Below, one piece after another: positions 38,338-48,396 of a stretch of 64,000 nucleotides of DNA. The stretch spans positions 192,001-256,000 of the forward strand of contig CAWETU010000001.1 in NCBI GenBank assembly GCA_963812135.1, read 5' to 3'. The position numbers were made by a program, and so were the translations under genes. Source of the stretch: Vulcanimicrobiota bacterium. Lineage in GTDB: Bacteria > Vulcanimicrobiota > Vulcanimicrobiia > Eremiobacterales > Eremiobacteraceae. Each line of letters opens with the position of its first letter. The stretch's first letter is position 1. Under the pieces are notes generated by a model that saw nothing but the letters and a program-made list of their open reading frames with translations, did not search any database and had not been told where the DNA came from.

Positions 38338-38940
38338 TTATCGGGCGGCCTTCGGCGCGGCCCGCTCGACGAGCTCTATGAACAGCTTGTGGATGCGCGG
38401 ATCATCGGTCAATTCCGGGTGGAACGAGGTGCCGAGCAAGTTGCCCTGGCGCACCATGACCCCTTTGCCGTCCAGCGAAGCGATTATCTTCGCATTATCC
38501 CGCGCCGCTTCGATCCACGGCGCACGGATGAACACGCCCGGAAACGGTTTGCCGCCAAGACCGGCGATGGTCAGCGGCACTTCTGCGCTCTCGACTTGGC
38601 GGCCGAACGCATTGCGCTTCACGTCGATGTGCAGCAAGCCGAGCGTCGGCTGCTCGGATCCGATGACCTTTTCAGCCATCACGATCATGCCCATGCACGT
38701 GCCCCACACCGGCATGCCCTTCTTGACGCGCTCGAGGAGCGGCTTGGTCAGTCCGAAGCGGTTGAGCATCGCGCCGACCGTCGTCGACTCGCCGCCGGGG
38801 ATGATGAGCCCGTCGACGCGGGCAAGCTCCTCGCGCGTCTTGACTCGGACGCCCTCGACCTTGCAATGCTCGAGCATCGCGAGGTGTTCTTCGACGTCGC
38901 CTTGCAGGCTGAGCACGCCTATGCGAAGCGTTTGATTCAC
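38338..38940 (-). CDS. pdxT: PLP synthase glutaminase subunit
   Basis: GVLSLQG, PGGESTT, GTC.G, RNAFGRQ, FIRAP, FHPELT. Confidence 0.96.
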   Translation of the reverse strand: MNQTLRIGVLSLQGDVEEHLAMLEHCKVEGVRVKTREELARVDGLIIPGGESTTVGAMLNRFGLTKPLLERVKKGMPVWGTCMGMIVMAEKVIGSEQPTLGLLHIDVKRNAFGRQVESAEVPLTIAGLGGKPFPGVFIRAPWIEAARDNAKIIASLDGKGVMVRQGNLLGTSFHPELTDDPRIHKLFIELVERAAPKAAR

Positions 38941-39866
38941 CAACCCCGGCCGGCGAGCAATTGTTCTTTGGGGATCTGGCTGATCTCCAAGCCGGGCATC
39001 GCGGCGCCGAGCTCTTTGCTCACTTCGAGGACGACCTTCGGATCGTCGAAGTAATGCGTCGCCTCGACGATCGCTTTCGCGGTCTTCGCGGGGTTCGAGC
39101 TCTTGAAGATGCCAGAGCCGACGAAGACGCCTTCCGATCCGAGCTGCATGCACAGTGCCGCGTCGGCCGGCGTCGCGATGCCGCCGGCGACAAACGTCAC
39201 CACCGGCAAGCGGCCATGTTCGGCGACTTCGCGCACGAGCTCGACCGGCGCGCCGAGGTCTTTGGCAGCGGCCACGAATTCTTCTTCGGACAACGTGGAG
39301 AGCCGGCGGATCTCGCTGGTCACGTCGCGCAGGTGGCGTATCGCTTCGACGATATTGCCGGAACCGGCTTCGCCCTTGGTGCGGATCATCGCCGCGCCTT
39401 CGGTGATCCGGCGGAGCGCTTCGCCCAGATTGCGCGCGCCGCATACGAACGGCACGGTGAACGGACGTTTGTCGATGTGGTAGTGCTCGTCGGCGGGCGT
39501 GAGCACTTCGCTCTCGTCGATGAAGTCGACGCCGAGCGCCTCAAGCACTTGCGCCTCGACGAAGTGGCCGATGCGCGCCTTGGCCATGACGGGGATCGTG
39601 ACTGCATCCATGATGCGCTGGATGACCTCGATCGCGGCCATGCGCGCCACGCCGCCTTCTTTGCGGATGTCGGCGGGCACGCGTTCCAATGCCATCACGG
39701 CGACCGCGCCGGCCTCTTGGGCGATCGTCGCCTGCTCGGGCGTCGTGACGTCCATAATGACGCCGCCTTTGAGCATCTGCGCGAGACCGCGCTTGACTTT
39801 CTCCGTGCCCTTGTGTTTTTGGACCTTCTCTTGTTGCTTGTCAGCTTTTTCCGCTTTGTCAGCCAT
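38937..39866 (-). CDS. pdxS: PLP synthase lyase subunit
   Basis: [47 protein letters not shown]. Confidence 0.97.
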   Translation of the reverse strand: MADKAEKADKQQEKVQKHKGTEKVKRGLAQMLKGGVIMDVTTPEQATIAQEAGAVAVMALERVPADIRKEGGVARMAAIEVIQRIMDAVTIPVMAKARIGHFVEAQVLEALGVDFIDESEVLTPADEHYHIDKRPFTVPFVCGARNLGEALRRITEGAAMIRTKGEAGSGNIVEAIRHLRDVTSEIRRLSTLSEEEFVAAAKDLGAPVELVREVAEHGRLPVVTFVAGGIATPADAALCMQLGSEGVFVGSGIFKSSNPAKTAKAIVEATHYFDDPKVVLEVSKELGAAMPGLEISQIPKEQLLAGRGW

Positions 39867-39973
39867 GATGATTCCTTCGTTGCGCGATGTCGGTCGAATA
39901 AATTCGACCGCTACCATGATTCTATAGCGCCGGGATGGTGCTCCGTAACCCCTCTAGATACAACCAGGACGCC

Positions 39974-39998
39974 AAAAAGGCGGCCGTAGCCGCCTTCT
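39974..39998 (-). terminator. Intrinsic terminator after pilT
   Basis: Minus strand AAGGCGGC-TACG-GCCGCC followed by TTTTT. Confidence 0.75.
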
Positions 39999-40019
39999 TG
40001 ATCCGTCGCGGGACGCGAC

Positions 40020-41150
40020 CTAGAAGGTCGCCGAGCCCTGCAGATCCGCACCGCTCGTGATGTGCCCTTCGATCGCGAGCCGGAATTCTGTCGGTTTGTC
40101 TGCCTTCGAAAATGCTTCTTTTTCCGTGACAAGGCCGCTCTGGTACAGATCGAGCAGCGACTGCGTGAAGGTCTGCATGCCTTCCATGCGCCCGGTCCCC
40201 ATGTACCCGTACATCTCGCTGAACTTGGCCTCCATGATGAGGCTCTTGATCGTCGGCGTGGCGATGAGCACTTCCACGGCGGGCACGCGGCCAGAGCCGT
40301 CGATGCGGCCGAGCAGGCGCTGCGAGATGATGCCGCGCAGCGACGTCGCCAATTGCACCATGAACATCTTGCGGTTCGCTTCCGGCAAAGCGTCCATGAT
40401 ACGCTCGAGCGCTTGGGTCGTGTTCTGGGTGTGCAGCGTCGAGAGCACCAAGTGGCCGGTCTCGGCCGCGGTGAGCGCGGTGATGATCGATTCGGGGTCG
40501 CGCATCTCACCGATGAGGATCACGTCCGGGTCTTGCCGCAGCGCTTGCTTGAGGGCGATCGTGTAGGACTCGGTGTCGATGCCGACCTCGCGCTGCGAAA
40601 TGATCGAAAGCTTGTCGACGTGGATGTATTCGATCGGATCCTCGATGGTCACGATATGACGGCGCTGCGTGGAATTGATGTAATCGATCATCGCGGCAAG
40701 GGTCGTCGATTTGCCCGTGCCGGTCGCGCCGGTGAGCAGGACGATGCCGTCTTGATGCTCGCAAAGATCGCGCAGCGATGCCGGCAGGCGCAGCTCTTCG
40801 AACGACGGGATGTCGAGACGCACGGTACGGTAGGCGGCGCTGATCGTGCCGCGTTGAAAATACGCGTTGACGCGGAAGCGGCCATGTCCGTGCAGGCCGT
40901 ACGCGTAGTCCACCTCTTTGGTCTCGAGAAACTCTTGCTGCTGCGCGCGCGTCATCGAGGAGAAGATCAGGTTCTCGCACTCGGGCAGCGACAGCGGCCG
41001 CTCCGACAGGGGCGTGAGCACGCCGTGCACTCGCGCGATCGGCGGCGCCGCGGCCTTCAGGTGAAGGTCGGAGGCTCCCATCGCCAGCATCTGACGTAGG
41101 AGGCTGTCAAGGTCAAGCGTCGTCGAGGGACGACCGTTGGAACTGTCCAC
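40020..41150 (-). CDS. pilT: PilT/PilU-family type IV pilus retraction ATPase
   Basis: ASDLHL, RFRVN, GATGTGKSTT, TIEDPIE, QREVG, RQDPDVILIGEMRD, TGHLVLSTLH. Confidence 0.92.
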   Translation of the reverse strand: MDSSNGRPSTTLDLDSLLRQMLAMGASDLHLKAAAPPIARVHGVLTPLSERPLSLPECENLIFSSMTRAQQQEFLETKEVDYAYGLHGHGRFRVNAYFQRGTISAAYRTVRLDIPSFEELRLPASLRDLCEHQDGIVLLTGATGTGKSTTLAAMIDYINSTQRRHIVTIEDPIEYIHVDKLSIISQREVGIDTESYTIALKQALRQDPDVILIGEMRDPESIITALTAAETGHLVLSTLHTQNTTQALERIMDALPEANRKMFMVQLATSLRGIISQRLLGRIDGSGRVPAVEVLIATPTIKSLIMEAKFSEMYGYMGTGRMEGMQTFTQSLLDLYQSGLVTEKEAFSKADKPTEFRLAIEGHITSGADLQGSATF

Positions 41151-41263
41151 GAATGGGTACTCCCTTTGTCTTCTTATTATATCGGCATTTCAGGCGTTTC
41201 TCCTCGATGGCGCCAGGGGGCGTGGGACAAGGACGGGCTTTTCAGCCGTCCGAAGGCAGCCGT

Positions 41264-42145
41264 ATGACTGCCGGCCCCCCGCTTGTGCTCCCCGCACGGG
41301 CCAAGCTCAACCTGCGGTTAGACGTGCTCGGCATGCAGCCAGGGGGCTTGCACGGCGTCCGGTCGCTCATCGGGGACCTGGTCTTCGGGGACGAGGTCGA
41401 GATCAGCGAAGCCGATGGTCCTTTCCGAGTGCTGACCGAGGGTGCCATCATCCCCGAGCGCGAGAATCTCGCTTGGTTGGCCGCCACGCGCCTCGGCATC
41501 GATTTACAAGGCTTGACCGTCCGCGTCCGCAAGCGCATCCCGATGCAAGCGGGCCTGGGCGGCGGAAGCTCGGACGCCGCAGCGGTGCTGCGCGGACTGC
41601 GCGACATCTTCGCCAAACGCGGCGCGCCGATCCCCGACGAGCGTATCCGCAACGCGGCCAAAGTCGGCTCCGATGTTCCCGCATGTCTCGTGCGCGGCTT
41701 CAAGATCGTCGAAGGCACCGGCGATCACGTGCGCCGCGTGCCGCTGCCCGCACCGCCGTGGGGTCTGGTGCTGCTGCGGCCTCCCGCCGGCGTGCCGACG
41801 GCCGAAGCATATCGGCTCATCGACGCCGGACGCGCGACCGCGCCGTCGACATCGTCCGAGACGGATCTGCTCGAGCTGATCAAGACGATCGAGATGCACG
41901 ATTTTGCGCGCGCGTGTTCGCTGCTCTACAACGACTTCCAGCCCGTGATCGAACTGATCTTTCCAGCCGTCGCTGAGATCCGCCAGCGGCTGCGCGCGGC
42001 CGGGGCGGCGGCGACGCTGCTGTGCGGCAGCGGGTCGTGCGTCGCCGGCTTTTTCGAGTCGCGCGCCGCGGCGGCCGCGGCGCACAAAGCGCTCAAGACG
42101 AAAGAAGGCGAGTGGGCGACGTCCACGTGCTTCGCCGATGCCTGA
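41264..42145 (+). CDS. ispE: 4-(cytidine 5'-diphospho)-2-C-methyl-D-erythritol kinase
   Basis: AKLNL.L, K.IP.QAGLGGGSSDAAA, GSDVP, GSGS. Confidence 0.9.
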   Translation: MTAGPPLVLPARAKLNLRLDVLGMQPGGLHGVRSLIGDLVFGDEVEISEADGPFRVLTEGAIIPERENLAWLAATRLGIDLQGLTVRVRKRIPMQAGLGGGSSDAAAVLRGLRDIFAKRGAPIPDERIRNAAKVGSDVPACLVRGFKIVEGTGDHVRRVPLPAPPWGLVLLRPPAGVPTAEAYRLIDAGRATAPSTSSETDLLELIKTIEMHDFARACSLLYNDFQPVIELIFPAVAEIRQRLRAAGAAATLLCGSGSCVAGFFESRAAAAAAHKALKTKEGEWATSTCFADA

Positions 42146-42944
42146 TCCGCGCTTCGCGGTCGTCGCGCTCGCGGGCGGCTCGCTCGAAACGGATTTTCGC
42201 GACGCGGGCTACTCGGCCGTCAACAAAGCGTACCTGCCGCTCGGCGGCGAGCTCATGATCGAACGCGTGCTGCGCGCGTTTCGAAACGCGTCCTCGATCG
42301 GGCGCGTGCGCGTCGTGACGCAACCCGACGCGTTTGCCGCGGCGTTCGGCGCGCGGGCGGCTGACTTGTGCGATGAGGTGATTCCGCCCGGCAAGGGTTT
42401 GATCGATAGCATGCTCGCGGGTTTTGCGGGGCTCGCGCCGGACGAGCACGTGCTGGTCTCCGCCACTGACGTGCCGCTGCTGACGCCGCTGGCGGTCGAT
42501 GCGTTCGCGGACCGCGTGCGTGCCGCAGGCGATTGCGACATCGGGTATGGGTTCGTGAGCCGTGCCGCGCATGACGCGAAGTATCCTCAGGTGCGACACA
42601 CGTGGGTCCGCTTGCGCGAAGGGACGTTCTGCGGCGGCGGCATCAGCATGCTGCGCGCAGGCGCCGCGGCGCAGGCGGCCAATCTGCTGCGCCGGGTCGC
42701 GGCGCTGCGCAAGTCGCCGCTGCGTCTTGCGATGTTGTTCTCGCCGGCGACTTGGGCGCGCATGGTGCTCGGCGGCTTGCGCATCAGCGAGCTCGAGCGC
42801 CGCGCCGACGAACTGTCGGGCTTGCGCTGTCGCGGCGTGCTGTGCGACGAGCCGGAACTGGCGGTGAACGTCGACCGGCTCGACGATCTGCAAATGGTCG
42901 AGGACATCCTGCGGGGACGAGCACATGCCGGAATCGCGGGTTGA
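42138..42944 (+). CDS. MobA-like NTP transferase domain protein
   Basis: VALAGG, KA.LPLGG..M, DVPLL, GG, NVD...D. Confidence 0.75.
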   Translation: MPDPRFAVVALAGGSLETDFRDAGYSAVNKAYLPLGGELMIERVLRAFRNASSIGRVRVVTQPDAFAAAFGARAADLCDEVIPPGKGLIDSMLAGFAGLAPDEHVLVSATDVPLLTPLAVDAFADRVRAAGDCDIGYGFVSRAAHDAKYPQVRHTWVRLREGTFCGGGISMLRAGAAAQAANLLRRVAALRKSPLRLAMLFSPATWARMVLGGLRISELERRADELSGLRCRGVLCDEPELAVNVDRLDDLQMVEDILRGRAHAGIAG

Positions 42945-42947
42945 GTA

Positions 42948-43496
42948 TTAGTCTTCGACGAGCTCTTCGTCCACGACGCCGATGCCCTGCGCTCGGTAAT
43001 CTCTCGTGAGGCGCTGATAAGCGAGGGTCGAGACCTCGAGCCACTGCGCGGCGCCGCCTTCGATCTTCTTCTTGATCTTGGCCGGCGCGCCAGCGGCGAG
43101 ATAGCCGGCCGGGATCTCCTGCTCTTCGAGGACGACCGTGCCAGCGGCGATGAGGCTGCCCGCGCCGATCTTCGCGCGATCGAGCACGACCGCGTTCATG
43201 CCGATGAGCGCGTAGCTGCCGACGTGGCACGCCTCGAGGATCGCGCCGTGTCCGATGGTGACGTGATCCTCGATGATCGTGTCGTGCCCTTCGTAGACGT
43301 GGATGACGACGTTGTCTTGCACCGACGTGTGCGCGCCGATGCGGATCGCGGCTTCGTCGCCGCGCAGGACCGCGCCGAACCAGACGCTCGCGCCGTCTCC
43401 GATCTCGACATCCCCGATCAACGCCGCGGTCGGCGCGATGAACGCGCCCTTTCCGATCTTCGGCGTCTTGCCGTTGAACGGGAGGATGCAGGCCAT
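42948..43496 (-). CDS. Gamma carbonic anhydrase family (hexapeptide repeat)
   Basis: IGDV.IG..SVWFGAVLRGD, QDN..IH, TIGH, G.PAK. The third His position reads E (LEAC). Confidence 0.9.
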   Translation of the reverse strand: MACILPFNGKTPKIGKGAFIAPTAALIGDVEIGDGASVWFGAVLRGDEAAIRIGAHTSVQDNVVIHVYEGHDTIIEDHVTIGHGAILEACHVGSYALIGMNAVVLDRAKIGAGSLIAAGTVVLEEQEIPAGYLAAGAPAKIKKKIEGGAAQWLEVSTLAYQRLTRDYRAQGIGVVDEELVED

Positions 43497-43500
43497 CGCG

Positions 43501-46500
43501 CTACTCCTCGTGGTCGTCGAGGCCTTGATGGAACGGCGGATTCAGTTCCGGACGCACGATCTCGGTGTCATCGAGGCGACGCTGCTCGGCGCGCTCGCGC
43601 GCGCGGCGGCGGCGCTCCTCTAGCTCTTGTTCGCTCGAGACGAACAGACTGCGATCGTCCTCGACGCTGCCGAGCGTCACCTCGTACGGCGCCGCGTCCG
43701 CGTCGAATCCGCGATCGACTTCGACGCTATTGACTTCCACTGGCGCTGCCGGGGCGTCCTGATATGGATAGAGCTGACGCACCTTGCCTTTGGGCGGCGC
43801 TTCACCCGCGGCGCTGAAGATCGCACCGTGCGACGGCCGGCGCTTGCCGAACGGCGCCGGCTTTTTCGCCGAACCGTTTTCGGATTCGATGATCGGTTCG
43901 GGTTCCGCGTCCGGCGGCGGATAGAGCTGCTTGACCGGCTGGCTCGGCCGCGATTGCGACCGGCCACCGCCGCGTCCACCGCGTCCACGATCGCCGCGAT
44001 CTCCGCGGCCGCCACGATCTCGATCGCCGCGGTCGCGACCGCCGCGCTCAGGGCGCTCACCATCGCGATCGGCGGCAGGCCGCTCGCCCCGATCCGGCCG
44101 TATGCGGCCGTCACGTCGCGGTTCGCGATCGTCATCGCGGCGCGGGCGCACGGTGTCCGCGGGCACGAACTCGATATCGATCGACGCCGGACGAACCGGC
44201 GCGACGACGGTATCTAGATCATCATCGACGTCCGTTTCGCCGAACGGTTCGGCTGGACGCGCCGGCACGCGACGCGCGTCGCGCGGCGGCCGGATCGATG
44301 CATCTCGCAAGGGCCGGCGTTCGGGCCGCTCGCTCGGGCGCGGACGACGTTCATCGCGCTCAACTGGGCGCCGCTCATCACGCTCGCGCGGGAGCCGCTC
44401 GTCGCGTTCGGTCGGGCGGCGCTCGTCGCGTTCGCGCGGCAATCGCTCATCGCGCTCGCGCGGACGGCGTTCGGTGGCGTCAGGATCGATCTCGACGGGC
44501 GCGCCGTAGAGCTGCCGGATAGGCCCCTGGAATCTGCGCGGTCGGCGCTCGCGTTCGACCGGCTCTTCCCCGATCGGCGCATCTCTGTGTTCGTCAGGCA
44601 GCACTTCAACGTCGACGACATCGCCTTCGATGTCGACGATCGCGTCAGTCTGGACTTCGCCGGTCTTGCGACCGCCGCGTCCGCGGCGCCGGCGTCTCCG
44701 GCGCGGCCCTTCGGCGCTGTCATCTTGTTCGTCACCGGCTCGCGGCGTCGGAACCGCAGCGGCGATCGGCTTGGTCCTGTCAGGCACCACGACCACTGAC
44801 GACTCGTCGTTGTCCTCGTAGTCGATGTCGGATTCGCCGCCGACGACGAGCGGTTTGAAACCGCGCTCTTCGGCGGGGCCGCGACCGCGTCGTCCTTGCG
44901 GACCACGTCCGCCGCGCCCTGGCCCGGAACGAGATTCGTCGCGTCCGCCACGAGCGGTGCGGCTTTCATCGCGGCCACGAGCCGGTGCGCTCGCACGCCC
45001 CGCGGGCGCGCGTCCTGCCGAAGGCCGGCTTGGCGTCGAACTCACGCCGCGCGTGCGGCCCGCGGGCCGGCCACGCATCGTGTAGTCCTCTTCTTCGTCC
45101 TCGTCGAGTCCGAAGACATTGCTCGGCACGACGACGCGATCGAGGCGCGCCGGCTGTGCCGGCGGCAATGGTTTGGCCGCATCCTCGCCTTCAGCCGCGG
45201 CTTTGCCGCGACGGCGGCGGCGGCGTTTGGCGACGGCGAGCGGTTCGGCAAGCTCTGCGTGGACCAAGTTGCCGTCTTCCGACGTGACGCGCAGTTTGAC
45301 CGTCTGGCCGACGCCGTTGGCGGCGTCCTTGACTTCGATGAGCCAGTTGTCGATGACCGCGACGCCTGATGCGGGATCCGGCATGCGCACCGGCAGCAGA
45401 TCGGCTTCGATCTCCTTGCCGACCTGAACGGGGCGCCGTTGACGCTGCGCCGGCTCGATGAGCACTTGCTCGCGATGGCGTTGCGGTTGGACGTACAGCC
45501 GCAGATCGGCGTTGAGCGACTTGCCGAGTTTCTCGAACTCTTCGCGATACCAACCCATCAGCTGGGTGGCGACCGACGGATCGGTCACGAGATCCCAGTT
45601 CTTGACGCTGCCTTGATCGATGCCGTTCTGACGGATCTGGCGGAGCAGGCCGATCGCGAGCGTCTCGCTCGACATGACGTCGCCCAGGCCGTTGCAGTAC
45701 GGGCACTCGGAGCGCAGCTGGCCCGCGAGGTCTTTGCCGACGCGCTTACGCGTGAACTCGAGCAGGCCGAGATTGGAGAACATCTGGATGGTGCTGCGGG
45801 TGCGGTCGCGCCGCAGCGCGTCGGACAGGGTCGTGATGACCTGCTCGCGGCTGCGCTCGTGCGACATGTCGATGAAGTCGACGACGATGATGCCGCCGAT
45901 GTCGCGCAGCCGCACTTGGCGCGCGATCTCGGCCGCTGCTTCGATATTCGTGCGCACGATCGTGTCTTCGAGATTGCGCCCGCCGGTGAACTTGCCGGTG
46001 TTGACGTCGACGACCGTGAGCGCTTCGGTGGATTCGATGATGAGGTGGCCGCCCGAGGGCAGGAAGATCTTCGGCTTGAGCAGCTTTTGCAGCTCGTCGT
46101 CGATGCCGCGGACCTGGAAGAGGTTGCCCGGCCCCTGCCACAGTTTCAGACGGCTCAGATATTGCGGACCGAATAGCGACATCGTCGAACGGATCTCTTC
46201 GTATTGCTCTTTCGAGTCGATGACGACGCTCTCGACGTCGCTCGTGAGGAAATCGCGGACCGCTTTGAAGACCAGATTGAGGTCCTTGTGCAGCAGCGCC
46301 GGCGCAGAGGCGCGGCGGTACGACTCAAGGATGCTGTGCCAGAGCCTGACCTGGACGCCGATGTCGGCGAGCAGTTCGGCTTCGCTCACGCCCGCGGCCG
46401 CGGTGCGCACGATGGTGGCCATGCCTTCCGGACGCATGCGCCGCATGATGTGCTTCAGCCGCTCGCGCTCCTTGTCGTCTTCGATGCGCGATGAGACCCC

Positions 46501-46914
46501 GGAGTACCGGCCGGTCGGCATGAGGACGAGATAGCGTCCGGGCAGGGAGATATTGGTCGAGACGCGTGCGCCTTTGAGGCCGCGCGGCTCCTTGACGATC
46601 TGGACGAGGATCTCGTCGCCGACCTTGAGCATCTCGCCGACGGTGTGCCCGCGGCGGCGCTCGGTCATCTCTTCATCCCCGATATTGATCGGGTCGCGAC
46701 GGATGTCGTCTACATAGAGGAAGGCATTGCGGCCGAGGCCGATGTTGACGAAGCACGCCCCCATGCCCGGGAGGACGTTCTCGACGCGACCTTTGTAGAT
46801 CGAGCCGATGACCTTTTCTTCGCGTTCGAAGTAGATCTCAGCAAGCGCGCCTTCTTCCAGGACGGCGACGCGGTTTTCCCAATCGTCGGTTGAGATAAGG
46901 ATCTCGGTTTTCAA
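43501..46914 (-). CDS. rne: Ribonuclease E/G with TRAM-like region and long disordered C-terminus
   Basis: IYKGRV.NVLPGM, S1 domain, DVNTGK, LRDIGGIIVVDFIDM, CPYCNG, then about 550 aa of R/D/E/G/P-rich sequence. Confidence 0.93.
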   Translation of the reverse strand: MKTEILISTDDWENRVAVLEEGALAEIYFEREEKVIGSIYKGRVENVLPGMGACFVNIGLGRNAFLYVDDIRRDPINIGDEEMTERRRGHTVGEMLKVGDEILVQIVKEPRGLKGARVSTNISLPGRYLVLMPTGRYSGVSSRIEDDKERERLKHIMRRMRPEGMATIVRTAAAGVSEAELLADIGVQVRLWHSILESYRRASAPALLHKDLNLVFKAVRDFLTSDVESVVIDSKEQYEEIRSTMSLFGPQYLSRLKLWQGPGNLFQVRGIDDELQKLLKPKIFLPSGGHLIIESTEALTVVDVNTGKFTGGRNLEDTIVRTNIEAAAEIARQVRLRDIGGIIVVDFIDMSHERSREQVITTLSDALRRDRTRSTIQMFSNLGLLEFTRKRVGKDLAGQLRSECPYCNGLGDVMSSETLAIGLLRQIRQNGIDQGSVKNWDLVTDPSVATQLMGWYREEFEKLGKSLNADLRLYVQPQRHREQVLIEPAQRQRRPVQVGKEIEADLLPVRMPDPASGVAVIDNWLIEVKDAANGVGQTVKLRVTSEDGNLVHAELAEPLAVAKRRRRRRGKAAAEGEDAAKPLPPAQPARLDRVVVPSNVFGLDEDEEEDYTMRGRPAGRTRGVSSTPSRPSAGRAPAGRASAPARGRDESRTARGGRDESRSGPGRGGRGPQGRRGRGPAEERGFKPLVVGGESDIDYEDNDESSVVVVPDRTKPIAAAVPTPRAGDEQDDSAEGPRRRRRRRGRGGRKTGEVQTDAIVDIEGDVVDVEVLPDEHRDAPIGEEPVERERRPRRFQGPIRQLYGAPVEIDPDATERRPRERDERLPRERDERRPTERDERLPRERDERRPVERDERRPRPSERPERRPLRDASIRPPRDARRVPARPAEPFGETDVDDDLDTVVAPVRPASIDIEFVPADTVRPRRDDDREPRRDGRIRPDRGERPAADRDGERPERGGRDRGDRDRGGRGDRGDRGRGGRGGGRSQSRPSQPVKQLYPPPDAEPEPIIESENGSAKKPAPFGKRRPSHGAIFSAAGEAPPKGKVRQLYPYQDAPAAPVEVNSVEVDRGFDADAAPYEVTLGSVEDDRSLFVSSEQELEERRRRARERAEQRRLDDTEIVRPELNPPFHQGLDDHEE
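44340..44470 (-). repeat. Coding tandem repeat (24-nt / 8-aa unit, about 5 copies) in the RNase E tail
   Basis: RERDERLP-RERDERRP-TERDERLP-RERDERRP-VERDERRP. Confidence 0.8.
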
Positions 46915-47445
46915 AAAATTCTACCTTTAGAGAGTCAAAGTGAGAAGAGCGCCCCGATCGAAGATCGGGCGCTGATGAGCCTGTGTGGTCTAACATGAGC
47001 GCGGGCCGTGTGCCTGCGGTCGTCGATCGTGAAATGTGTTGCTCCAACCGGTGGTGTGCGGTCCCCCGCGAGCGGCTGGCTGCCAGTCCGGCGGCCGGCT
47101 CAAGCGGAAACGGGTCCGCAGCTGAGCGCTCCCTCGTTGGGAGCGGCCGGAGGAGCTTTTGTCGCGGTCGGTCGTTGCGTTGTGCTAGAAGAGCGGCTTC
47201 GAAAACTGTTCTCTCTGGCGGCGTCCTCTTATCATTTTCGGGACCATGCGGCGCCAGGCGTGCAACGGGGTTACGCGGTTCGGGCCTCCGGCGGGGTGGC
47301 CCAGCTCATGTCCTTTTCGGGGGAACCCGGTTGTTCGCCTCTCGGGTCGCGCCCTTGGGCCACGACTAAGGTGTTGTCCCTCGAGGCCCGAAGCTTATAG
47401 AATAAGGCCTTTGAAGGTCCCACCTCGCACCGACCGGAGGGTTCC

Positions 47446-48387
47446 ATGCCGAGACGTTTATGCCTCGCTCTTCTTTGTCTTGTGGTCGCCGGCTGTTCAT
47501 CGAAATCCACCTCGCCGACGCCCCCCACACCCCCGCCGTTCACACGGTTGTATGTGACGACGTTCGACACGGCGCCCAACTCGATGTTGGAAGTGTTCGC
47601 GCCTCCGATCACCGCCGCGTCGACCCCGGCCGTCAATGTGACGAGCGCGGCGAGCGGTCTGAATGGCCCTGGCGGTATCGCGATCGACAAATCTGGAAAC
47701 GTCTATGCCGTCAACGATAACGCTCCTCGAAATGTCACCATCTACGCGCAGCCGTTCACCGCGAGCAGCACGCCAACGACGACGATCGTGATACCGGTGG
47801 CGGCGAACAACCCGTATACCATATCGCTCGATCCCGCCGGCGACATTTGGGTCGGGGACCGTTCGGGCGTGAACAGTCACCTCTACGAGTTCACTCCGCC
47901 CTTTAGCAACGCCTCAACGCCCGCGCTCACCCTTACGAATGCGAACGGTCTCACCGACGCGACCGGCACCGCGTTCGACGGGGCCGGGCACATGGCCGTG
48001 GCCCAAGAAGTTTCGAGCAACGTGCTGATCTATAACTTGCCGATCACCGCTGCCAGCACGCCGGCTGCAACCATCGCCTTGGCTGCGAACGGGCAGGGCG
48101 TCGTCTTCGACGGCGCTGGCAATCTCTATGCGACGCTCGAATCAGGCGCGGGCGGTGTCGCGGTGTTTCACCCACCGTTCTCGAATGCGTCCACGCCTGC
48201 GTTCACGTTTGGGAACACCGTCGGCGCATTCCCGACGTTCGACTCGAGCGGAAACCTGTGGGTGCCGGACTTCTCACTGCACGTGCTCGAGTATTCGCCG
48301 CCGTTCTCCGCGGCGACAACGGCCGCTGTGACACTGCCGGTAGCGGATGCGACCGGGTCGGCGGCGGGCGCCGCGTTCGGGCCGTAG
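47446..48387 (+). CDS. Lipoprotein with NHL-like beta-propeller repeats
   Basis: Lipobox VAGC; repeated D.SGNLY/W...PPF(S/T).ASTPA units of about 43-45 aa; GGAGG SD. Confidence 0.82.
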   Translation: MPRRLCLALLCLVVAGCSSKSTSPTPPTPPPFTRLYVTTFDTAPNSMLEVFAPPITAASTPAVNVTSAASGLNGPGGIAIDKSGNVYAVNDNAPRNVTIYAQPFTASSTPTTTIVIPVAANNPYTISLDPAGDIWVGDRSGVNSHLYEFTPPFSNASTPALTLTNANGLTDATGTAFDGAGHMAVAQEVSSNVLIYNLPITAASTPAATIALAANGQGVVFDGAGNLYATLESGAGGVAVFHPPFSNASTPAFTFGNTVGAFPTFDSSGNLWVPDFSLHVLEYSPPFSAATTAAVTLPVADATGSAAGAAFGP

Positions 48388-48396
48388 TCTCTTGGA

